Origin: Eledone cirrhosa
Taxonomy: Eukaryota
Direction: 5' to 3'
Assembly (NCBI GenBank): GCA_964016885.1
Contig: OZ024742.1
Span: 278,008,001-278,072,000, forward strand
DNA length: 64,000 nucleotides
The stretch's first letter is position 1. Every line of letters starts with the position of its first letter. The notes under the pieces were generated by a model. It did no database searches and was not told where the DNA came from. It saw only the letters and a list, made by a program, of their open reading frames with translations. The position numbers and the translations under genes were made by a program. This document shows, piece by piece, positions 53,821 to 64,000 of this stretch.

Positions 53821-55733
53821 ATGAACGCTGCGTCCAACAATAATGGTGGTGGAGAGGCGGTGAGACTACAAAACTCGCAGTCAACATCGTCTTCTTCACT
53901 AGATACTATAGAGATGGAAAGACGAAATGAAAATGCAAAAACAAATTCATATCCAAACAACACAAATGACACCAAACAGTTCAATGACAACAAAAATAAC
54001 AGCAACACCAATAATGATGATAAAAACAACAATGATAACAACAACAAAGAAAAAAAATAAAGACAACACCAATAACACCAGCATCAAAGACAACAACAAC
54101 ACCAAGGAAAATACGAATAATATGAACATCGGTGACAACAAGAATAACAACAACAATAACAACAATAATGACAACACCACCAACACGGATAATTCCACAA
54201 AGAAACCAAAAATATCCTTTGCAGAGACAGTTCAAAAAAAGGAGGAACTGATATATCTCGACATAACAAATACTGAACAACTTTTAAAGGACGCTAGGAG
54301 ATATGTCACTTTCGGAAAAAATGGTGCTTTCAGCATCAATTCTCCGGTAGAAATTCGCAAGGAAACTGCTCTCAAAACGATAGTTTTTAGGACAGTTTCC
54401 AATTCTACCCGAAAACCAGTCCAATTGTCACAGAAAGAAATTGAACTGGTTTTCAAAATTTCAATGAATGATATTGCATTCATTCAAAGAAGCAAACTTT
54501 TTGGGAGTATTTCGGTACTCATGAAGGATCAATTGACGGCCCAAAATTACTCTGTGTCGCCAATTGTATCCAACCTGTACACCTTTTTCCCTACATACAT
54601 AGGAAAAAGGACACAAAAGATCAAAATCACGAGTGTCACACCAAAGGTGAACATATGGTGGATACTGTGCGGCTTCATCAATTTTGATGAAGACAGAATA
54701 CTGTCAGTAGGAAAGTCCCCCAGAGATGTATTCAATGGGACTAGCATTGAAGTTCTGGTGCAAATGAGCCCAGAGCGAATAGCTATGATCCCACAACGTG
54801 TACTCCTGGACGGACTCACCTACATAAACTTTTCGGTTGAGGGTAGGCGGCCTTCATGTTACCATTGATTTAGCAGGAGTCACCTGAGGGCTTCCTGTCC
54901 TAAATTAATTAATAAAAAAGGCTCTTCTGCCGACACCTATCAAAACAACACAACCACCAACACCATCACAACAACACCAACACACAAAAATAACCACAAC
55001 AAACACAGTCCCACCCAACCCTACTCCACCTAAAACCACTGCAAAATCACATACAGACACAACAGCTCCCCAAGACATACCCCTCCCCAATCACACAGAC
55101 GATACAACAGATGAGGCTATCTCGCCATCACCCAGTGAAGACGAGGGAGAACGCCATCGCTCGAAAAGAAAGAAAAGACATCACAAAAGCAAAAAACCAG
55201 CAAACACTACCACAAACATACAACCACCTACACAAACAACAAAAACATCACAAACAAAACCCCCACCTCCTGAAAACAAAATACCTAAAACAAAACGAAA
55301 GCACACACAAGAACTACAGACAAAAACAAACACAACACAAGAAAATTACACTTACACTTACATAAACACTGAAAACAAAACACTAATGGAGACCATCACG
55401 AACGACCCTTCGGTGAAAACCGAAGGGAAAACTTTCGCCCACTCTATTAAAAATAGCAAAAAACTGAACCTAAAACTGATTAGGGTCCCTATACAAACTT
55501 ATAGGTCCCTAAAAGAAACATTTGAGAAGGATGTGGGGAATTCATGCGTGAAACCACTCAACCGCGTCCTTCTCAAATGTCTCCCCACCCCAGACACCCC
55601 CATCCCACCAGACCCCACCCCACCAAACATCTCCGTCCCCACCCCGCTGGAAACCACCACCCATCCAGACAACCCCTCCAACACCCCCATGGAAATCGTG
55701 CGGCCTGGTCCCCAGGAGACGAAGGGTGAGTGA
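53821..55733 (+). pseudogene. ORF1 of family B (frameshifted)
   Basis: ATG 53821; N-rich linker, KISFAETV, FSVEGRRPSCYH*..SHLRASC knuckle homologous to family A ISVEGKRPKCFRC..HLRAFC. Confidence 0.8.
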
Positions 55734-55766
55734 TCTCTTTTCCTCTTTTAACTTTTCAGCACCAAC

Positions 55767-58700
55767 ATGGCCAATATAAGAGTTGGATGTGTGAACGTAC
55801 GTGCCCTTCGGGATGCCCTGGAAACAGGGCAAACTCTTAAACGACCTCAGGTCGCACAGTATGGATGTGGTAGCCATTGCGAGTCCAGGATCCACAGCGA
55901 GCGACAGCTGGCTCCCATCTTCGATGACTTTGAGATCTACGCATCTCTCTGTCAACCGGGGGGTGGGGGTGGAGTTGCCGTTTTGCTGCGGAAACACCTG
56001 GGCCTCGTAACACAGACGGTACATCTGGACCCGGAGGGTCGACTGGTGGTCCTAGACGTGACGGTAGGGAAGGTGGAGCCTTCAGGCTGGTGGTCGCATG
56101 TGCCCCATCCGGGACACCGCGGCCAGACGTCTTTAAACGTCTAGAGACTTTTCTAGGAACGTCCCGCTCCTTGCTTTTAGTGGGGGACTGGAATGGAATC
56201 CTAGATGCACGTTGGGACTATGTGGGAGCATGTCCCGATAAAGGGGGGTGTAACAGCCTCAAACAGTTAATCGACCGATTTGACCTGGCCGATAGATATC
56301 GACTAGATTTTCCGACTGCGCCACTGTGGACGGGGAGTAATCGTAGCGGAACATCTAGATCGTACCTAGATAGGGTTCTAGTTAGAAATAAGGATAGGGA
56401 CATGTTAAGCTGTCCACAAATGTTCATGGTTGCCTATTCAGATCACAAACTAGTGACCTGCATGGCCAACCTTGATAGAACCCATAGACAAGGACCCGGC
56501 TACTGGAAGCTGAACTTGTCGTTACCAACAAGCAAAGCCTACAGTAGACGGATTAGCACTTTAGTTAAACAGCACTTGACAGGGGCCATTGTCAACAACA
56601 GATGGTGGTACTCTCTCAAGAGGGTAGTTAGATTAGACTCGATAGTTTTTAGTAAAGAATTAGCGTTAGATAGAAATAGAACCGAGAAGGAACTGGTAGA
56701 TAAAGTAGAAGAGGCAATTAGAAGTGGCAACGTAGCCAGCGTGCTAGCAACGAGAACGGCCTTGGACCAGTTCTTCGACGCAAAGCACGAGGGCTGCGTT
56801 GTCAGAAGCAAAATACGTGCTCTGGGAAACGAGGGAGCCAAAGCTGTTTGCTGGGCCCGAGTGACGGAGGCAAAAAGTGGCAACAAGTCCACGATTCGGT
56901 CTTTGAAGGACCAAAACGGACGCGTGATACGTGAGCCGAAGCAGATGTGCGCGGCTTTTCAGCGGCACTTTGCTCAACTGTTCGGGAGGGACGGCGCGCC
57001 GGGAGGGGCTATGGATTTCGGTCCATACCTCGACGGCCTACCGCGACTCTCGGACAGCGAGGCAAAGTTCTGCGAAAAGCCGATTTCAGCCGCTGAGATA
57101 GAGGACGCGCTGAGCCAATGCGGCAAATGCAAATCTCCAGGTCTCGGCGCTCTACCCTACGAATTTTACGTAGCAATGCCGGACTTATTCTCCGGTCTCC
57201 TGGAAGCGGTCTACTGCAACTGGCAACAGAACGGGAGAATTCCCAGTTCTGTAACCGGGGGCGTGGTCACACTAATCAGGAAGGACGAGAATAAGGGGGA
57301 TGACATAGGCAACTTTCGGCCCATAACTCTGATCAACACAGAGTTACAGATTTTGGCCAAGGTGTTGGCAAAGAGGCTGGCGCTTGTCGTCGAGAACCTG
57401 GTGGGAGAAGCGAAGACATGCGCAATACTGACCAGGTCCATACACGACAACCTCCACCTCATGCGATACATAATAGAGAGGGTAGGGTGTAAACCCGGCT
57501 TCGGTGGGGCCCTGATCAACTTGAATCAGTCTAAGGCTTTCGATAGGGTTGACCATCGTTACCTGGATGCGGTGCTCGCGGCGGCAGGCTTCGGACCTGT
57601 GTTCAGGGGCTGGATTGCTGCAATGCACAACAGCAACATCTGCTCAAGGGTCAAGGTGAACGGCTACCTCTCGGAGCCGTTCCATATTACGCGATCCATT
57701 CGACAGGATGCCCTCTCTCCTCCCTTCTGTACGTACTGACTCTAGAGCCACTACTGCGGAAGCTGGAGCTATTGCAGGGCATCCCTCTGGAACCGGGACT
57801 GCGGAAAGCGACGTCGGCCTACGTCGACGACGTGACAGTAATGGTGTCGAGCGCCCCGCAAATAGAGGAAGTCGGCACTTTACTGAAGGAATACGAAAGT
57901 TTCACAGGAGCGAAGCTGAACCGGGACAAGTCCATCGGTTTGCAACTCGGATCGTGGAGAGGCAAACCGATGCCTTCGGATGGCGTCGTCGGACGCTGGA
58001 CGGAAGGACCGGTAAAGCTGCTCGGGGTCTGGTTTGGTCCGGACCTCCAGGTGGAGAAGAACTGGAACGAAGTGACGGCCAAGGTGTTTGCACTCACCCA
58101 GAAGTGGGCCGAGTGCAAACTATCCTTGAAAGGTCGAGCGGAGGTGGCGAACACTTTTATAGCGTCCGCCATCTACTACCGCTTGACCGTCGTGCCTTGT
58201 CCAGCCAAAGCGCTCGCCAAAATGGAGCGCGCGCACTTCCGATTCCTTTGGAAGAGGCGGGCTCCTTTGGTGAGAAGATCCATCTGCTGCCAACACCCTT
58301 CTAACGGAGGGCTGGGGATGCCGTGGTTGACGATGCGCAAACACGCGCTCAGGCTGCGGCATCTCTACGTATTCCTCACCTGACAACCGGTGTGGGCCCC
58401 GTTCGTGAGGCGAGCCTTCCCACGACTCGTCTCGCTGACCGAGCTGCAGTCCTGGGTCAAGCAAAGACCGAGGAAAATGGGCGACTGGCACATCGAATGT
58501 GCTCAGGCGCTCACAGCCCACTGTCAGGCGGACCCGGCGATCAGTGGAGACTCCACTTCGTCATTCTATAGAGGATTGATCTGCAGCAAGTGCGACGACG
58601 CGCTCGGTGAAACTCTAGGCGTAGAGGAAGATGAACTGGCCAGTCTGTTCGGTAGGACCTTCCGCCCGGGACCGATGGACAACTTCCAAAAGTCCCTGGC

Positions 58701-59201
58701 CTGGCAGTGCTACCGAGGAGCTCTACCAGTTCGAGACAAGCTCTACAGACATGGGCGCCCGGGCAGGACCCTGCAAAAAAGATCTGTCCGAGGTGCGTGC
58801 GAGACGAAGAAACCGCCGCGCACGCATTCATACACTGCCCGGGAGACACTGACCTGTGGGGATATGTAGAACGACTATTGTCGCGGGTGGGACCAATCCG
58901 GTTGACCACCGAGTCCATTGTCATGATCAAACCGCCACCCTCCTTCAAAAACGAAGGAGAGGCGGTTTTCCTTTGTGTGATAGCTATGGCGAAAGAGGTT
59001 GTATGGTGGACAAGGTTGAAAGGGCTGAGGTCAGACACCTTTCTCTCCGGCCAACAACTGATTCTTTTTTTCAAATACCACTTTGGAAGAAGAATCAGGA
59101 TGGAGAGAGAGGTGCTGTACCCCAGCAAGTTTTATGAAAGGTGGGTGAAAGTGGCGAGAATGGCTAGAGTGAATGGGCCTTCTCTCTATATCAGCCTGTA
59201 A
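55767..59201 (+). pseudogene. ORF2 of family B (APE-RT-CCHC), several frameshifts
   Basis: CVNVRAL, GDWN, SYLD, SDH, GYWKLN, FRPITLIN, QSKAFDRV, AYVDD, CPRC...HAFIHC. Confidence 0.9.
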
Positions 59202-59503
59202 GTTGAGGAAAAGGAGTACAAACTTTTCGTACTCCTGGAGATGAGGGTTGCACATTTTTTCGGGGGTATGTGTTACTCATATAAACTGTCTCACCCTATT
59301 GGGGAAAATCGACTTTTTAAATTGCATTTGTGATAACATTTTACACGTTTTTTATTGTATGTAAACTTCCCCCTTTTTATTTGTCCCCTTCTTTTGTGCC
59401 CTTGTGGCTAATAAAGAAACATATCTATCTCTCTCTCTATCTCTCTATCTATCTATCTATCTATTTATCTATCCATCTATCTATTTATATATCTATCTAT
59501 CTC

Positions 59504-60632
59504 GGATAGTGTTGGCCTGCACTGGTAAGTTTTTTGTTAATTTTGCATGCAAAAAACCGAAATCATTTGTTGAAAAATATATTATTTCATAAATTAACTC
59601 CCCGGCTGATAATTCGACCGGTGGGTAATCTTATTCCACAGGGGCGGAAATTTTATTTGAAAAACTTTTGAAAAAAGAAAAATTATTCTACTATCAACAA
59701 TAGCAAACGAAGAAGGAACGCTAGTCTCCGCTAAATCTAGTGGAGAGTGAAAGGCAACAGTTAACGTTTCCAAGCCGTCTGCCTGCATAGACTCCACTAT
59801 GGTTACAAATAGTAACAACATAGTTTTTCTCGCCAAGAAGGCGAAACATGTGACTCACAAAATAGAACACACAGCAAAAACCATAGATAATGAGACAAGT
59901 TCCTCAACCATAATCCAAAATTGACAACCACAATAACAACAACAATACCAAAAAAATATCTTTCGCTGAAACAGTAACAAAAAAACAAGATTTTAAAAAT
60001 CTAGATATCTCCAATGCTAGCGAAAGGCTGAATGAAGGAAAACAACTTGTGCCTTTCGAAGAAAAGGGTGGGTTTAAAATAAACTCACCTCCCGAAATCC
60101 GCTTTGAAACTCTCCGAAGGACTGTTAGTTTCAGAACTGTCGCAAATGCTACAAGGAAGCCGGCATTCCTCAGTCAAGGGGAAATAGAAGCGATATTGAA
60201 GGAGGCTTTGCCGGATATAGATTTCATGCAGAGGGTCAGACAGTATGGAAGCATATCGGTGCTTCTCAAAAGCAAGGCCCTCGTACAAAAATATTCTGTG
60301 ACTACGGTCACATCTGCCAACTATACCTTCTTCCCTACTTACCTGGAAAAAAGAAGTCAGAAAATAAAAATCTCCAATAAATATTTGGTGGATTTTGGCA
60401 GGATTTTTAGAGGAGAGAGAGGACACCATCTTCTCGATCAAAAGATCAACCAGACACACGTGGTCTGGTACAAATTTGGAAGTTTTGGTACAAATGAGGC
60501 CGGAGAGAATCTCCAAGATCCCGGAGAGGGTACTAGTGGACAATAACAGCCACATCAATATTTCTACTGAAGAGGGGATGCCGCACTGCTTTCGACGTTC
60601 CAGCACATCTCATTTAAAGGTATCCCGCCTTT
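59504..60632 (+). mobile_element. 5' part (5' UTR + ORF1) of a further family-B-like Tx1 element, again following (TATC)n
   Basis: ISFAETV, FKINSPPEIRFETL, YTFFPTYL, EVLVQMRPERI homologous to family B ORF1; truncated by an RTE fragment. Confidence 0.8.
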
Positions 60633-60634
60633 AA

Positions 60635-60910
60635 ATGCGAAGTGTAAAGGCCAAGCTCGCTGTATTCGTGCCAAACCTTACCTATGGTCATGAATCTTGG
60701 GAAATGACTGAATAAATATGATCGCGAATACAAGCGGCCGAAATGGGGTTCCTCCGAAGGGTTTTTTGAGTAACGATATTGTGTGTAGCTCGGAGATCTG
60801 GCAGTTACTCCAGGCAGATCCGCTACTTCTCCGAATTGAGAGATCACAGCTCCGATACTATGGACAGATTTTACAGAGAAAACCAACCGAGAGGAGACGC
60901 AGGGATGCGT
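60635..60910 (+). mobile_element. RTE-clade LINE C-terminal fragment
   Basis: PNLTYGHESWEMT...IQAAEMGFLRRV...DPLLLRIERSQLRYYG. Confidence 0.75.
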
Positions 60911-62035
60911 AAAAGATGTTATTTCTTGGTTTTGGCTAGGGAATTAGAGGATGTTATTTATTATAACTTAAATGGTAATGGAACCTGTAAGCTGCTGTCA
61001 CAAAACCTAGCTTTCAGACAGAAACTTAGGTGTTTCTTTTAAGAAAAGGAATGTCTTTATGGCTAGAGTAAGGTATAACGGGTGCACTCGTGGAACAAAT
61101 GTTAAACACAAACAAGCTGTCGGATTTTAATAGATAATGCTTATGATATATTTGCGGGTAGTCTGTTCAAGAGGGTATACCAATGGACGAGAAATGTAGT
61201 TTGCGTGTGGCGAATTTGTATTTATCCTCTTGTGAGTTCGTCTAACTGATAGGATTATGGAAATTAAGGAGGATAAGCCTGATTAATAAGCTGGATTGAT
61301 ACTGTAGATACATAGATGATGTATTAGTTCCAAACTACGGGTATTTCGAAGGCTTATTACATGAAATTTGTCCGGATAAGTAAGAGGTTAAAAGGAATGG
61401 TTACGACATAAACAAAGTTAATAATTTAGATGTCCCGATCGAAAGAATCGATGAGTGGATCGTGACGAGAGTTTACGATAAACTAGAGATTTTAGTTTTA
61501 AGGTAGCTTTGATGCCTCAAAAAGAATAATCATGTTGATGGGCATACCTATGTTAATGGGTTACAACGTGTTTTCTAGTCACGTATGGTAGAATAAGTAA
61601 CCAGGTAAAATGTTTTATTGAAGAGGTTAGGAGACTATTTATACACATGGTTGCACAAGAATTTGATGGTAAATCATTGATACGGTGTTTTCATCATACC
61701 TTTCGTATGAAAGACGATATTTTAAACAGGCTTGGGGATATTATAAGTTTGCAGTTAGCTAACGGGAATCATAGATGAGTTTGGGGTTTTCCATTGAAAT
61801 GTTATTGCAGCTTATATCGGCGAGAAACGATAAATGGGCGTCTTATGGTTTGAGGATTTCCATAGAAACGTTTATTCTGCTAATATGGGTGTTGTTCAAG
61901 TTAGGGCAGGGCAGATTTGGCTTTCCCATAGAAGCATTAATACTGTATTTGTCCGGGAGTTTCGTGTCTTGTGACATGCAAATCCTTCGATGATATGAAT
62001 TTGCTACACGTGATAGTTCGATTTGATTGTATATC

Positions 62036-62040
<5 letters not shown>
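60910..62040 (-). mobile_element. Highly decayed Penelope-like RT/GIY-YIG fragment
   Basis: Minus-strand remnants resembling PLE blocks (ILKP, YNIP, SLVYRK, IPF); bounded by (TA)n. Confidence 0.45.
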
Positions 62041-62104
<64 letters not shown>

Positions 62105-62362
62105 GAGCGTCGGTGGAAAAGTTCATAGAATGACCAAATTTTCAACATAGTTGTTATTAATAAGAAGAGTTGAAATTAATGCACGCTCGTTTCACAGCTC
62201 TAGCATCACTCCTTCATAGTCAGCCTATGAACTTTTCGGCCGACCCTCATATATATATATATATATATAACCAAAGATTAATATGGTTCATTGATTACTC
62301 AATTAATATAGTTTTACAATATATTAAAAGCACTCTACAAAGAAGTTTTCTGGAGTTATTAA

Positions 62363-62698
62363 TATTATTCAGAATATTAATAAATGAAGACATTCACATA
62401 ATCAAAATATGTTTTATTATATATATTTCGAAGGTACAGTGCTGTTTTTCGGTACGTCCTCGTCAGGTAAAATACATAATTGATGTATGACATACGTCAA
62501 CGGTCTTCATGGTTCAATTCATCTGGAATTGAACCATCAAGACCGTTGAGGTATGTCATACATCAATTATGTATTTTACCTGACGAGGACGTACCGAAAA
62601 ACAGCACTGTACCTTCGAAATATATATAATAAAACATATTTTGATTATGTGAATGTCTTCATTTATTAAATATATATGTATATATATTCTGAATAATA
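62363..62698. repeat. ~290-bp near-perfect palindrome with a hammerhead motif in each arm
   Basis: 62377-62520 is the reverse complement of 62526-62669 (two mismatches, loop ATCTG); plus-strand CTGACGA 62580-62586 ... GAAA 62617-62620. Confidence 0.85.
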
Positions 62699-62718
62699 TA
62701 TATATATATATATATATA

Positions 62719-62802
<84 letters not shown>

Positions 62803-63539
62803 TATGTATATATATTTTATACCAGCGAAATACAATCTGAAGATCTGTTAAATATTAACATATTAACCTTGGTTTTCATTTAACTGTTATTATATAAATA
62901 AACAAAGAAAAAGGCAACAGTGTTAGGAACAAATAACGTTTCCCTAATCCCGGATGGAGAAAATGTTAAATTTGCCATAGTTGGTGTTTGAAATCCAAAA
63001 GTAAGGAGCCATAATCTAACTATAGAAAACTATCTCAAGATCTGTTAAATATCAACATATTTACATAAAAAAAACTAAAATAAACACCCCAAACAAACAA
63101 AGAAACACATTATGGACACCAAAATGAACGAGTCAAAAAAAATCATACATGTATCTGTTATTTTGTCATATCCTGTACATGAAGTGTATATAAAAAGAAA
63201 AGTAAAATTATTTCCCATAAACTCTATTTCGGTTATAAGAAGTAATAGAAAAAAATATATGAACTGAGTGAAAAGTTAAACAAATTAGATCCTTCTAAGA
63301 AATACAAACATTTTACAAAGATTTTTCATAGCACAGATGAATTTTTAAAGTAAAATATAAGCAAACACACGAAAAGTTGTCATGAAAAATTTTTTAAAAG
63401 CGAAGAGAAAACTTTGTTTTTAAGTGAAAATAAATAATAAGAAGAGTATATACCTCCAGTTTGCATATACATGTAATTTGTGTATACAGTTTTTAGACAT
63501 TTTAATCTGTAATATAATATATATATATATTAAATAGAC

Positions 63540-63797
63540 GTACATACAAATATACTTATATACATACAAACACAATTATATATATACAGGCATACATACA
63601 TATACACATACATATATAAATACAAGCGTATATGTGTATGCGTACTCCTATTTGTGTATATACGCGCATACAGAAACAGACACAAAATAAACACAGACAC
63701 ATATATGCATTATATATATACATATGCATTATACACACACACCTATATATATACATACATATACATACATACGTATATGCATATATCTATATATCTA

Positions 63798-63887
<90 letters not shown>

Positions 63888-63900
63888 TACACATCTATAC
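63540..63900. repeat. (TA)n/(CA)n/(CT)n microsatellite block
   Basis: Direct repeats. Confidence 0.9.
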
Positions 63901-64000
63901 TACTATACATATGAAAGTATAAATTTACACGTTCACGTGATATCCATACCAAAATAAAAGCCAGTCTGTATTTTCAGATGAAAATAAACTTCAACAGTAA

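Larger units (their letters stand above)
53602..59419 (+). mobile_element. Tx1-like LINE, family B, full length and disabled, inserted in (TATC)n
   Basis: (TATC/TC)n on both sides; ORF1 and ORF2 homologous to family A; 3' end CCCTTGTGGCTAATAAAGAAA. Confidence 0.92.

Overview
Eukaryotic (animal) non-genic DNA. It is probably cephalopod/octopus: this is inferred from tRNA-derived SINEs resembling the octopus OK/OR families and from the very high microsatellite load. No host gene can be supported, and most listed ORFs are translated microsatellites. The window is dominated by retroelements sorted by the microsatellite they sit in. (1) A ~26-kb array (12.5-38.4 kb) grown inside a (TTA/TAA)n tract holds six minus-strand R4/Dong-type RLE LINE copies, three plus-strand Tx1-like APE-RT LINE copies (one with an intact 1139-aa ORF2), a SINE whose 3' end mimics that LINE, and a fragment of a second R4-type family. 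(2) A sister Tx1-like family sits in (TATC)n at 53.6-60.6 kb. (3) Several Penelope-like elements and short Penelope-type termini with minimal hammerhead ribozyme motifs, some in long palindromes, sit in (TA)n. (4) RTE LINE fragments, SINEs, a tiny Tc1/mariner MITE and GGT/CAT compound satellites make up the rest. The most intriguing signals are a conserved 5' splice site over the Tx1 ORF1 stop codon that could fuse ORF1 to ORF2 in frame via a ~50-nt intron, divergent microsatellite targeting by sister Tx1-like families, a likely LINE-SINE partnership, and a paired ACTAAC motif array in a Penelope 3' region.
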